Shown here: in pieces, positions 8,167 to 16,524 of the stretch
How positions within the stretch are numbered: the first letter of the stretch is position 1
How the letters are laid out: each line of letters begins with the position of its first letter
DNA from: an uncultured Acidobacteriota bacterium
GTDB lineage: Bacteria; Acidobacteriota; Thermoanaerobaculia; UBA5066; Gp7-AA6
Length of the DNA: 64,000 bases
Direction: 5' to 3'
Assembly: GCA_963824165.1 (NCBI GenBank)
Contig: CAWGOM010000009.1
Span: 79,972 to 143,971, forward strand
Translations under genes and position numbers: made by a program
The notes under the pieces: generated by a model
What the model was told of the DNA's origin: nothing
Databases searched by the model: none
What the model saw: the letters and a program-made list of their open reading frames with translations, nothing else

Positions 8167-10134
8167 ATGCCGAAACTGGGGCTGACCGGCGGAGGCTTCT
8201 CCTCCCGCTCGATGCGCGCCGAGCGCCGGGGCCGCCCCGGCGCGGCGAGGCCCGAGGAGGAAGGCAAAAAGAAAAAGAAGCTCCCGCTCAAGGTGATCCT
8301 CCGGGACGCCGCGGAGCTGATCTCGGCGCGCAGGGGCCGGCTCGCCCTGGGATTCGGCCTCCTTCTCGTCAGCCGCCTCTGCGGCCTGGTGCTTCCGGGC
8401 ACGACGAAGGTCCTCCTCGACGACGTCATCGGCAAGGGTCGCCGGGACCTCCTCCTGACGATCGTCCTGATCACGGGCGCCGCAACCCTCGTCCAGGCGA
8501 TCACCGGTTTCGCCCTCTCCCAGGTCCTCGGCAAGGCCGCCCAGCGGTCGATCACGGACATGCGCCGCGCCGTCCAGCGGCACGTTGGCCGCCTGCGGGT
8601 GGCCTTCTTCGACCAGACGAAGACCGGCGTGCTGCTCTCGCGGGTCATGACCGACGCCGAAGGCGTGCGCAACCTCGTGGGGACGGGGCTCGTGGAGCTC
8701 GCGGGCGGGGCCGTCACGGCGGTCTTCGCCCTCGGGATCCTCTTCTACTTCAGCGCCAAGCTGACGCTCATCGCCCTGGCGGTCCTGTCGCTCTTCGGCC
8801 TCGTCCTGCTCTTCGCCTTCAAGACCCTTCGGCCCCTCTTTCGCGAGCGCTCGAAGATCAACGCCGAGGTCTCGGGGCGCCTGACCGAGTCCTTCTCGGG
8901 GATCCGCGTGGTCAAGGCCTACCGGGCCGAGCGGCGGGAGGCGCTGGTGTTCACCAAGGGTGTCCACCGCCTCTTCGCCAACGTGGCGAAGACGATGACG
9001 GGCTTCTCGTTCGTGGCGGCCTTCTCGACGCTGCTTCTGGGGGTCGTCGGCGTGTCCATCATGTGGGTCGGGGCTCACGAGATCGAGTCCGGCCGCATGA
9101 CGGTCGGCTCCTTCGTCTCCTTCACCCTGTATCTCGGCCTGCTCGTCGGGCCCGTGATCCAGATCGTCTCGATCGGGAGCCAGATCACCGAGGCCTTCGC
9201 CGGCCTCGAGCGAATCCGCGAGCTGCGCGACGAGCTCGCCGAGGACGCCGGCGACCGCGAGCGCGAGCCGCTCCCGCCCCTCGAGGGCAGGGTCGAATTC
9301 CGGGACGTCTCGTTCTCGTACGAGGAGAACGTCCCGGTCCTGAACGACGTGTCCTTCGTGGCTTCGCCGGGCACCGTGACCGCCCTGGTCGGCCCGTCGG
9401 GGTCCGGCAAGAGCACGATCATCGGCCTCGTCGCGGCGTTTCATCGGCCCACCTCGGGCGCGATCCTCGTCGACGGGAAGGACCTCTCGAGGGTCCGCCT
9501 CTCCGACTACCGCGGCCAGATCGGCGTGGTCTTCCAGGACAACTTCCTCTTCGACGGAACGGTCTACGACAACATCGCCTACTCGCGCCCTGAAGCCTCC
9601 CGCGAGGACGTCCTGCGGGCCGCCGAGATCGCGCGCTGCGACGAGTTCGTCGTCAAGCTGCCCAAGGGCTACGAGACCATCGTGGGCGAGCGGGGCGTCA
9701 AGCTCTCCGGCGGCCAGCGCCAGCGGGTCGCGATCGCGCGGGCGATCCTCGCCGATCCCCGCGTCCTCATCCTCGACGAGGCGACCTCCTCGCTCGACAG
9801 CGAAAGCGAGGCGCTCATCCAGGAGGGCCTGGCCGAGCTGATGAAGGGGCGGACGACCTTCGTCATCGCCCACCGCCTGTCGACGATCCGGCGCGCCGAC
9901 CTCATTCTCGTCGTCGAGGCCGGCCGCATCGCCGAGCGGGGACGGCACGAAGACCTTCTCGCTCGCGGCGGCCGTTACGCCGACCTCTACACGCGCCAGT
10001 ACGGCCTGGAGTCGAACCTGTTCCTGAACCCGGGCGAGGCCATGCGGGTCGAGGACGACGGCCGCACGCCCGTCGCCGCCGCGGATTCGTCGATCGGGAA
10101 CCTGCCGCTCGTCGGCAGCGGCGCGCCGGAGTAG
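8167..10134 (+). CDS. ABC transporter, fused permease/ATPase (MsbA/ABCB-type exporter)
   Basis: 655 aa with a six-helix TMD, Walker A GPSGSGKST, signature LSGGQRQR and Walker B LILDEATS. The N-terminal about 45 aa (including KKKKK) may be an extension. Alternative start at 8212. Confidence 0.9.
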   Translation: MPKLGLTGGGFSSRSMRAERRGRPGAARPEEEGKKKKKLPLKVILRDAAELISARRGRLALGFGLLLVSRLCGLVLPGTTKVLLDDVIGKGRRDLLLTIVLITGAATLVQAITGFALSQVLGKAAQRSITDMRRAVQRHVGRLRVAFFDQTKTGVLLSRVMTDAEGVRNLVGTGLVELAGGAVTAVFALGILFYFSAKLTLIALAVLSLFGLVLLFAFKTLRPLFRERSKINAEVSGRLTESFSGIRVVKAYRAERREALVFTKGVHRLFANVAKTMTGFSFVAAFSTLLLGVVGVSIMWVGAHEIESGRMTVGSFVSFTLYLGLLVGPVIQIVSIGSQITEAFAGLERIRELRDELAEDAGDREREPLPPLEGRVEFRDVSFSYEENVPVLNDVSFVASPGTVTALVGPSGSGKSTIIGLVAAFHRPTSGAILVDGKDLSRVRLSDYRGQIGVVFQDNFLFDGTVYDNIAYSRPEASREDVLRAAEIARCDEFVVKLPKGYETIVGERGVKLSGGQRQRVAIARAILADPRVLILDEATSSLDSESEALIQEGLAELMKGRTTFVIAHRLSTIRRADLILVVEAGRIAERGRHEDLLARGGRYADLYTRQYGLESNLFLNPGEAMRVEDDGRTPVAAADSSIGNLPLVGSGAPE

Positions 10135-10156
10135 GGGCGGGGCTTGTCCCCGCCCT
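10131..10156. repeat. GC hairpin family B (TAGGGGCGGGGCTTGNCCCCGCCC), copy 1; probable bidirectional terminator
   Basis: The stem GGGGCGGGG/CCCCGCCC starts at the ABC transporter stop codon, between convergent genes. Related copies at 35238-35289 and 42805-42853, and the 5' end of 11902-11996. Confidence 0.6.
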
Positions 10157-10161
10157 CGTTC

Positions 10162-10878
10162 TCAGTCTCTCCGCCCGCCCAGGAACCGCAGCATGAACAG
10201 GAACAGGTTGATGAAGTCGAGGTACAGCGAGAGCGCCCCGACGACGGCATAGGAGCCGACCTGCCCCTCGGGCACCGCCACGGCCATCGCCTTCAGCTTC
10301 TGCGCGTCCCAGGCCGTCAGGCCGGTGAAAACGATGACGCCGACGATCGAGATCACGAACTGGAGCCCGTCGGACTTGACGAACATGCCGACGACCGATG
10401 CGAGGATCACGCCGATCAGGCCCATGAACATGAACTGCCCGACCCCGGCGAGGCTGCGCTTGGTCGTCGTGCCGTAGAGCGCGAGAGCGCCGAACATGCC
10501 CGCCGTCACCGCGAAGGTCGTCGCGATCGAGGTCCCGGTGTAGGCCAGGAAGATCATCGCCAGCGTCGCCCCGTTCAGCGCGGAGTAGAGCAGAAAGAGT
10601 CCGGAGGCCGTGGCCGGGGCCAGCTTCTGGACGCGCGCCGACAGGTAGAAGACCAGGCCGAGCTCGGCGATCATCAGGCCGAAGAAGAGAAACTTGTTGC
10701 CGAAGATCGCCTGCGTGAGCGTCGGCGAGCCGGCCACCCCGAGGGCGACCGCCGCCGTGACGCCGAGGCCGACGAACATCCAGCCGTAGACCTTGCGCAG
10801 GAACGCCGTCACCCGCTCCGCCGTGGCGGCGGCCGTGGGCGAGAAGGCGGCCTGCGGGGTGATTTCGAATTCGTTCAA
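10162..10878 (-). CDS. Bax inhibitor-1/YccA family membrane protein
   Basis: C-terminal 238 codons of track ORF 10162-11484. TTG start at 10878-10876 follows GGAGGA. Seven hydrophobic helices; FLRKVYGWMFVGL...GVIVFTGLTAWDAQKLK is typical of the BI-1 family. Confidence 0.85.
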   Translation of the reverse strand: MNEFEITPQAAFSPTAAATAERVTAFLRKVYGWMFVGLGVTAAVALGVAGSPTLTQAIFGNKFLFFGLMIAELGLVFYLSARVQKLAPATASGLFLLYSALNGATLAMIFLAYTGTSIATTFAVTAGMFGALALYGTTTKRSLAGVGQFMFMGLIGVILASVVGMFVKSDGLQFVISIVGVIVFTGLTAWDAQKLKAMAVAVPEGQVGSYAVVGALSLYLDFINLFLFMLRFLGGRRD

Positions 10879-10958
10879 TGTGTCCTCCGAAGACGGGGAT
10901 TCTATCCCCCGCGCTGTTAACCGTGCGGGGGCCGCCGGGGATTCCCGGACGACCCGGC

Positions 10959-11438
10959 TCAGTTGACCCGGAAGCGCAGCTCGGCGAGGAATCGCAGGGC
11001 CATGGGGTCGCCCGGGCTCTCCGCCAGGGCGCCCTCGAACTCCCGGAGAGCCTCGGCGACGTCGCCCCGCCCGGCGTAGAGCCGCCCCAGGTTCAGGTAC
11101 GGGAAGTGGCGCGGCTCGTATCGCGGCGCCGTCTTCGCCTTCTCGAACCAGGCGACTGCCCCCTCCGAGTCGCCCTGCTCGACGAGGTAGCAGCCGATGT
11201 CGTTGTACGGGTTCCCGAAATCCGGGTCGGTGGCGATCGCCTTCCGGCATTCCTCGATGGCTTCGGGCAGCCGGCCGGCGAACGAGTAGGCCCAGCCGCG
11301 GAACGTGTACGCCTCGGCGGTCGGCTCGGTCTCGAGCGAGCGCGTGAAGAGGGCGATGGCGTCCTCGAGGTCGCCCGCCAGGAGCCGGTCCGCGCCCTCG
11401 CGCCAGAGCTCGAGCGCCCGCTCCGATCGCTCGCTCAC
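10959..11438 (-). CDS. tetratricopeptide repeat protein
   Basis: 159 aa with several 34-residue TPR-like units (AEAYTFRGWAYSFAGRLPEAIEECRKAIATDP ...). Confidence 0.8.
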   Translation of the reverse strand: MSERSERALELWREGADRLLAGDLEDAIALFTRSLETEPTAEAYTFRGWAYSFAGRLPEAIEECRKAIATDPDFGNPYNDIGCYLVEQGDSEGAVAWFEKAKTAPRYEPRHFPYLNLGRLYAGRGDVAEALREFEGALAESPGDPMALRFLAELRFRVN

Positions 11439-11467
11439 GAAACGGATTATAGAATCGAGAAGTTCCC

Positions 11468-11905
11468 GTGAGCGACGACCGCAAGTACCGCCACCGCGGC
11501 TACCAGGAGTCCGACCGCGACTCCTCGCCCCGGCGCCCCTCCGGCCCCCGGCCGGATCGGGACGACGGCGCTCCGCGCGGCCGCGGCATCGACCAGGCCA
11601 AGGCCGTCGTCTTTCGCTGCAAGCACTGCGGGGAGAAAGTCCTCGATCTCGACTCGATCGGTCTCTCCGCGACCTGCCGCAAGTGCGACGCGGCCCTCCA
11701 CGCCTGCAGCCAGTGCACCTACTTCGACTCCTCCGCTCGCCTGGAATGCACGCAGCCGATCAAGGCCCGGATCGTCTCGAAGAAGGCCGCCAACGACTGC
11801 ACCTTCTTCGCGCCCGCGAAGACCTTCGACCTGACCGGCAGCCGCGGCGAGGCCACGCCGGACGACGCCCGCTCCGCCTTCGACGCCCTCTTTAAAAAGC
11901 CGTAG
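11468..11905 (+). CDS. hypothetical zinc-ribbon protein with Arg/Asp-rich disordered N-terminus
   Basis: 145 aa, GTG start. Three CxxC pairs (CKHCGEK, CRKCDA, CSQCTY) plus extra Cys. Confidence 0.5.
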   Translation: MSDDRKYRHRGYQESDRDSSPRRPSGPRPDRDDGAPRGRGIDQAKAVVFRCKHCGEKVLDLDSIGLSATCRKCDAALHACSQCTYFDSSARLECTQPIKARIVSKKAANDCTFFAPAKTFDLTGSRGEATPDDARSAFDALFKKP

Positions 11906-11996
11906 GGGCGGGGCTGAGTTGCCGCCAGCCTGCGGCCGGCGTCCCCTACTGCCGAGGGTCGTCCTTTGGTGGACGGACCGTCCCCGCCCGCCTGGC
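11902..11996. repeat. about 80-nt intergenic repeat family C, copy 1
   Basis: TGAGTTGCCGCCAGCCTGCGGCCGGCGTCCCCTACTGCCGAGGGTCGTCCTTTGGTGGACGG... aligns at roughly 80% identity (hand alignment) with 52872-52950. It begins with a family-B-like GTAGGGGCGGGG. Confidence 0.65.
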
Positions 11997-12030
11997 CGGA
12001 GCGCCCGGGGACGGAGCCACGGGACCGCCG

Positions 12031-12717
12031 CTACTCCGGGCCCGCCAACCTCGCCGCCTGTCGCAGCACCTTCCGCAGCATCGCCTGCGTCAGCTTCCCC
12101 GTGAACGTGTTCTGCTGGCTCGGGTGATACGTGGCGAGGAGACGGTCCTCGCCGATCCGGCAGCTCGCGCCGTGCTCGAACCGCGGCTTCGGCTTCGGCA
12201 GCACCGCGCCTTCGGCCGCGAGCGCCTCGAGGCAGACGGTGAAGGCGAGCGCCCCGAGGGCCACGAGCACTCGCGGCCGGGCGAGCGTCGCGAGCTCGCG
12301 CGCGAGGTACTCGCGACAGTTCGAGAGCTCTGCCGGCAGGGGCCGGTTGTCCGGCGGCGCGCAGCGGCAGGCCGCGGTGACGAGCGCCCCCGAAAGCTCG
12401 AGCCCGTCGCCGCGCGCGACCGATTCCGGCCGGTTCGCAAGGCCCGCCGCATGAAGCGCCGCGAAGAGAAACCTCCCCGACTCGTCGCCTGTGAACATGC
12501 GCCCTGTGCGGTTGGCGCCGTTGGCCGCGGGGGCGAGACCGACGAGCAGGATCCGGGCCCGGGGGTCGCCGAACGCCGGGACGGGCCTGGCCCAGTACGC
12601 CTGCCCGGCAAACCGCCGCGGCGGATGCCGCGCCGCCTCTTCGCGCCAGGCCACCAGGCGCGGGCAGCGCCGGCACGCGACCACCTCGCGCTCGATCGAG
12701 ACGAGCGGGCCCTTCAA
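12031..12717 (-). CDS. uracil-DNA glycosylase superfamily protein (family 4/5-like, Fe-S type)
   Basis: TTG start at 12717-12715. Contains CRRCPRL, GLAPAANGANRTGRMFTGD and HPSQQN motifs typical of the UdgA/UdgB families. Confidence 0.8.
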   Translation of the reverse strand: MKGPLVSIEREVVACRRCPRLVAWREEAARHPPRRFAGQAYWARPVPAFGDPRARILLVGLAPAANGANRTGRMFTGDESGRFLFAALHAAGLANRPESVARGDGLELSGALVTAACRCAPPDNRPLPAELSNCREYLARELATLARPRVLVALGALAFTVCLEALAAEGAVLPKPKPRFEHGASCRIGEDRLLATYHPSQQNTFTGKLTQAMLRKVLRQAARLAGPE

Positions 12718-13175
12718 TCGCGGCGGTACGTTCCGGTCAGGCGGACCTCGGCGAGCACGCGGCCCTTCATTGCCGCTTCGAGCTCGACCTTCGTCGCTCC
12801 CGGAGCGAGACCGAGCACGGCGTCGAGGGCGTAGAGCCGGAACTCGTAGTGATGCACGCCGTGGCCGCGCGGAGGAGCGGGCCCGCCCCAGCCGAGCTCG
12901 CCGTAATCGCTCTTGCCGTGGGTGCCGCCGGCGGGGTGGCGGGCCGACTTGGCGACCGCCGCGGGAAGCGCCTCGAGCGATGCCGGCAAGTCGTAGAGCA
13001 CCCAGTGGACCCAGGTGCCGCGGGGCGCGTCGGGGTCGTCGCAGACCAGCGCGAGACTCTTCGCCTCCTTCGGGACCCCGGACCACGACAGGGCCGGGTG
13101 AGAGTCGGCGCCGTCGCGGGAATGCACCTGCGGGATCGGGTCGCCGTCGCCAAACGCCGCGCTCTCGAGCCGCAT
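12714..13175 (-). CDS. YbhB/YbcL family Raf-kinase-inhibitor-like (PEBP) protein
   Basis: ATG at 13175-13173. The 153-aa product has DPDAP..WVHW and GPAPPRGHGVHHYEFRLYALD, the PEBP signature. It overlaps the UDG start by 4 nt. Confidence 0.85.
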   Translation of the reverse strand: MRLESAAFGDGDPIPQVHSRDGADSHPALSWSGVPKEAKSLALVCDDPDAPRGTWVHWVLYDLPASLEALPAAVAKSARHPAGGTHGKSDYGELGWGGPAPPRGHGVHHYEFRLYALDAVLGLAPGATKVELEAAMKGRVLAEVRLTGTYRRD

Positions 13176-13177
13176 GG

Positions 13178-13345
13178 CTACTTCTTCGCCGGCAGCCCTT
13201 TCGGCACGCCCATCGAGCGCCAGTGCTTTTTCTTCTCCTCCCAGTCCCGTTCCGCGCGCTTGCGGTTGGCGGCCGCGGCGGCCGCGCGCGCGTCGTCGGG
13301 ATTCTCGGGCCGGGCTTCCTTGTCCGACTCCCTGGCTTGCGTCAC
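13178..13345 (-). CDS. possible small basic protein (55 aa)
   Basis: My translation from GTG 13345-13343 gives VTQARESDKEARPENPDDARAAAAAANRKRAERDWEEKKKHWRSMGVPKGLPAKK. Its stop lies 2 nt before the PEBP ATG. No recognisable family. Confidence 0.25.
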   Translation of the reverse strand: MTQARESDKEARPENPDDARAAAAAANRKRAERDWEEKKKHWRSMGVPKGLPAKK

Positions 13346-13422
13346 GCGGCCATTCTAGCGCCCTGGAACGGAAGTCTTTTCGACGGTTCGGGACAACATC
13401 CTGCCCGCGGCCTCTCTCGACG

Positions 13423-13446
13423 AAAAAAGCCGCCCTTTCGGGCGGC
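13423..13446 (-). terminator. rho-independent terminator of the cupredoxin gene
   Basis: The minus strand reads GCCGCCC-GAAA-GGGCGGC followed by TTTTTT, 35 nt downstream of the stop at 13481. Confidence 0.65.
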
Positions 13447-13480
13447 CAGGAGGAACGGAAAGCCGGGAATCGGCCGGGGA

Positions 13481-14647
13481 TCAGGGGTTGACGTTGACGG
13501 TGCCGGTCATGTCCGACTGGTGCGGTATGCAGAAGTAAGGGAACGAGCCCGTTTGGGTGAACGTCCGGGAGAAGGTCCCGCTCGTCTTGATGCCCGAGTT
13601 CCACAGGCCGTCGCCGTTGCACGGCGGGCACGGCCCGGAGGTCGAGGAGTGCTCCATGCCGCCGGCCCATTCCCACCGGATCGTGTCGCCGACCCGGATC
13701 GTCGACGTGCTGTTCCCGCTCGCCTCGTCGCGGAAGGACGTGATGCCGCCCGCGCCGACGCTGACGACCCGCGTGATGTTCCCCGACGGCTGCGTCGGAG
13801 TCCGCGTGGGAGTGCGCGTCGGGGTCGGCGTCGGAGTCGATGCCGACTGGGTGGGCGTCAGGGTGACGCCCGGCGTGATCGGCTGCGGGGGAAGGTCCTC
13901 GGCTCCCAGGACGAAGATCGGGTCGGTCGTGTTGTTGTCGATGACGGCGGCGTAGGAGAAGACCTCGTTCGACGCCGCGACGACGACGACCGCGTTCGCC
14001 GTGACGTGTCCTGCCTGGCCCGCCGCGGCGAAGATGCCGGAGACCTGTGCGCCCGAGTGCGCGGCGATCGACCGCGTGACGGGGTTTCCGACCTGGGCGC
14101 CGCCGTCGAAGATCGTGAACGTCACGTTGACGGCCGAATCCTCCCGGTTGAAGACGCCGACGTTGGTGCGAAACCCGAAAATGGGGGGGCCGTTGCGGAT
14201 CGAAGTCAGCACGGTCGTCGCGTGCGCCTCGGAGTTCTTCAGCCCCGGGATGAACATCCCGACCGTCGGCTCGGGCTCGGTCGAGTAGAGCCGGCTCGTC
14301 ACGACGAGCTGATCGCTGTCGCCCGAGAACTCGAACTCGATGCCGCCGGCCGTGTTGGGCGCGTTGAACTGGGACACCACGATGTCGTTGAACGCCCGCG
14401 ACTCCCGCGGCGTCAGCGTGAACGTCACCGACTGCGTCGTGGGGTTGCAGGGGCTCGGGATGAAGCAGCGGTACCGCGCCTCGACGGTCAGGTCCTCCGT
14501 GTACGACGTGTTGAACGCGCGCACGTCCGAGAAGAACGGCGCACCCCCCTGGATCGACGCCGCCGCCGGAAGCGTCAGGCTCTCGGCCAGGAGCGATCCA
14601 CCCGCCAGAGCCGCCGATAGAAACACCAGGAACTTCCGCATGGTCAC
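13481..14647 (-). CDS. secreted two-domain protein: beta-rich N-domain, Pro/Thr linker, C-terminal cupredoxin (blue-copper) domain
   Basis: 388 aa with signal peptide MTMRKFLVFLSAALAGGSLLA and linker TPTPTPTRTPTRTPT. The C-terminus has GMEHSS ... YFCIPHQSDMTG, a type-1 copper His...Cys-x2-His-x3-Met ligand pattern. Confidence 0.7.
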   Translation of the reverse strand: MTMRKFLVFLSAALAGGSLLAESLTLPAAASIQGGAPFFSDVRAFNTSYTEDLTVEARYRCFIPSPCNPTTQSVTFTLTPRESRAFNDIVVSQFNAPNTAGGIEFEFSGDSDQLVVTSRLYSTEPEPTVGMFIPGLKNSEAHATTVLTSIRNGPPIFGFRTNVGVFNREDSAVNVTFTIFDGGAQVGNPVTRSIAAHSGAQVSGIFAAAGQAGHVTANAVVVVAASNEVFSYAAVIDNNTTDPIFVLGAEDLPPQPITPGVTLTPTQSASTPTPTPTRTPTRTPTQPSGNITRVVSVGAGGITSFRDEASGNSTSTIRVGDTIRWEWAGGMEHSSTSGPCPPCNGDGLWNSGIKTSGTFSRTFTQTGSFPYFCIPHQSDMTGTVNVNP

Positions 14648-14702
14648 CTCGCTCCCTTCAGACTTCGGAGGCTATGCGGCGCGGGCCGCCCGCAAGCCCC
14701 GA

Positions 14703-14746
14703 TTTAAGAATCCTTGAGGTTGCCGCACGTATAATCCTCAGCCGTC
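14703..14746 (+). promoter_or_regulatory. candidate tyrS promoter with perfect TATAAT, near-leaderless
   Basis: TATAAT at 14730-14735 lies 11 nt before the GTG start at 14747. No good -35 at 17-nt spacing and no SD sequence. No T-box-like leader is possible in this short spacer. Confidence 0.3.
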
Positions 14747-15958
14747 GTGACTTCCCCTTCGTCCGCCCTCGAGTTTCTGCGCCGCGGCTGCGTCGACCTG
14801 ATCGACGAGGCGGACCTGGCGAGGAAGATCGCCCGCGGGCCGGTGACGGTCAAAGTCGGCTTCGACCCCTCGGCGCCCGACATCCACCTGGGGCATACCG
14901 TGGTCCTGCGCAAGATGCGCCACTTCCAGGACGCGGGACACCGGGTCGTCTTCGTCATCGGCGACTTCACCGGGGCGATCGGTGACCCGTCGGGGAAGAA
15001 GACGACGCGCCCCCAGCTCTCCCGGGAGGAGATCGAGGGAAACGCCCGCACGTACACGAAGCAGGCCTTCAAAATCCTCGATCCGGAAAAGACCGTCATC
15101 GAGTTCAACTCGAAGTGGCTGAACGCCCTCGGCGCGGCCGGCATCGTGCGGCTGGCGGCCCGGGTGACGGTCGCGCGGATCCTCGAGCGCGACGACTTCC
15201 AGAAGCGCTGGAAGGCCAACCAGCCGATCGCCCTTCACGAGCTCCTCTATCCGCTCGCCCAGGGCTACGACTCGGTGGCGCTGAAGGCCGACGTCGAGCT
15301 CGGCGGAACGGACCAGCTCTTCAATCTCCTCGTCGGCCGCGACCTGATGCGCGCCGAGGGCCTCGAGCCCCAGGTCGTGATGACGCTGCCGCTGCTCGTC
15401 GGGATCGACGGCGTCGAGAAGATGTCGAAGTCCCTCGGCAACGCGATCGGGGTCCTCGATCCTCCCGGCGACATGTACGGCCGGGTCATGTCGATTCCGG
15501 ACGCGCTCCTCTGGAGCTGGTACGAGCTGCTGACCGACGCGCCGGCGATGGAGATTGCCGGGCGCCGCCGCCGCGTCGAAGGCGGGCAGGAGAACCCGCG
15601 GGACGCCAAGGCCGAGCTCGCCCGCCGCATCGCGACGGACTTCCACGGCGCCGACGCCGCCGCGCGCGCCGCCGAGGACTTCCGGCGGGCGTTCTCGCGC
15701 GGCGAGGCGCCGGAGGACGTCGAGACGCGGGAGCTTCCGGCCGAGGGCGGCGGGCCCGCCGCGAAGACGCTCGTGGCTCTCGGGCTCTGCCCCTCGATGC
15801 GCGAGGCGCGGCGTAAGCTCGAGGAGGGCGCCCTGAAGGTCTACGCCGGCGGCGCGTCCGAGCCGCGCGAGGTCCGGGATCCCGAGGAGAAGCTCGCCGG
15901 CTCCGGGGCCTCCGTGCTGCGCCTGGGGCGCCGCTTCATCCGCGTGGTCTGGAAGTAA
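14747..15958 (+). CDS. tyrS: tyrosine--tRNA ligase
   Basis: 403 aa with the HIGH motif as HLGH, KMSKS present (EKMSKSLGN), GDFTGAIGDPSGK and a C-terminal S4-like domain. Confidence 0.95.
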   Translation: MTSPSSALEFLRRGCVDLIDEADLARKIARGPVTVKVGFDPSAPDIHLGHTVVLRKMRHFQDAGHRVVFVIGDFTGAIGDPSGKKTTRPQLSREEIEGNARTYTKQAFKILDPEKTVIEFNSKWLNALGAAGIVRLAARVTVARILERDDFQKRWKANQPIALHELLYPLAQGYDSVALKADVELGGTDQLFNLLVGRDLMRAEGLEPQVVMTLPLLVGIDGVEKMSKSLGNAIGVLDPPGDMYGRVMSIPDALLWSWYELLTDAPAMEIAGRRRRVEGGQENPRDAKAELARRIATDFHGADAAARAAEDFRRAFSRGEAPEDVETRELPAEGGGPAAKTLVALGLCPSMREARRKLEEGALKVYAGGASEPREVRDPEEKLAGSGASVLRLGRRFIRVVWK

Positions 15959-16445
15959 ACGGAACGAGGCCGGCCCCGGTTCCCTCCTCGTCCCCGCCCT
16001 CCGACGACTTGCGGCGCGGGCGGCACGACCGGCAGATGCCCCGCATCTGGTGCGTGTGGGAGAGCAGCACGAACCCGTGGCGCTCGGCGACTTCGTCCTG
16101 GAGCTGCTCGATGCGCTCCTCGAAGAACTCGATCACGCGGCCGCAGTGGTCGCAGATCAGGTGGTCGTGGTGGTCGCCCGCCCGCAGCCGCTCGTACCGG
16201 TACCCGGCCTCGCCGATGCGCAGGCGCCCGACGATGCCGGCATCGACCATCAGCTCGAGCGTGCGGTAGATCGTCGCGCGGGAGATCTTCTTGTGCTTGG
16301 AGCGCAGGCGCACGAGGAGCTCATCCGCCTCGACGTGCTCATGCCGGCTGAACAGCTCGTCGAAGAGCGCCTGGCGCTCGTGCGTGAGCTTGAGCCCCCG
16401 CCGTTCGAGGTACTTACGAAAAATCTGGAGCTCACGCTTTTCCAT
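15936..16445 (-). CDS. fur: Fur family transcriptional regulator (Fur/Zur/PerR not distinguishable)
   Basis: ATG at 16445-16443. MEKRELQIFRKYLERRGLKLTHERQALF..ISRATIYRTLELM..HHDHLICDHCGRVIEF..C..C is the classical Fur fold with a CxxC zinc site. Confidence 0.85.
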   Translation of the reverse strand: MEKRELQIFRKYLERRGLKLTHERQALFDELFSRHEHVEADELLVRLRSKHKKISRATIYRTLELMVDAGIVGRLRIGEAGYRYERLRAGDHHDHLICDHCGRVIEFFEERIEQLQDEVAERHGFVLLSHTHQMRGICRSCRPRRKSSEGGDEEGTGAGLVPFTSRPRG

Positions 16446-16448
16446 GGG

Positions 16449-16478
16449 ATTGCGACTCTGTCTCAATTGCGATAGTCT
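16449..16478. promoter_or_regulatory. putative Fur-type operator overlapping the FTR1 promoter
   Basis: 19-bp 7-5-7 palindrome ATTGCGACTCTGTCTCAAT (16449-16467). It overlaps TTGCGA (16450-55), a 17-nt spacer and TAGTCT (16473-78). 15/19 positions match the palindrome at 18201-18219. Confidence 0.5.
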
Positions 16479-16524
16479 CCCCTTTCCGCGCCGCAAGTCA
16501 AGCCGCGGAAGGGAGAGACGGGCC

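Noticed and set aside
8262-8282. A-rich run GGCAAAAAGAAAAAGAAG as a programmed frameshift or slippery site
   Set aside because: No alternative-frame ORF continues from it. It simply encodes KKKKK in a probably disordered N-terminal extension.
7747-9948. 733-aa ORF antisense to the ABC exporter
   Set aside because: Its Arg/Asp/Gly/Pro/Glu-rich low-complexity translation has no motifs. It lies opposite a gene with clear Walker/ABC signatures. This is a typical shadow ORF of high-GC DNA.
14648-14746. T-box leader or other riboswitch upstream of tyrS
   Set aside because: The spacer is only about 100 nt. It has no specifier or T-box elements, and a TATAAT lies 11 nt from the start codon.
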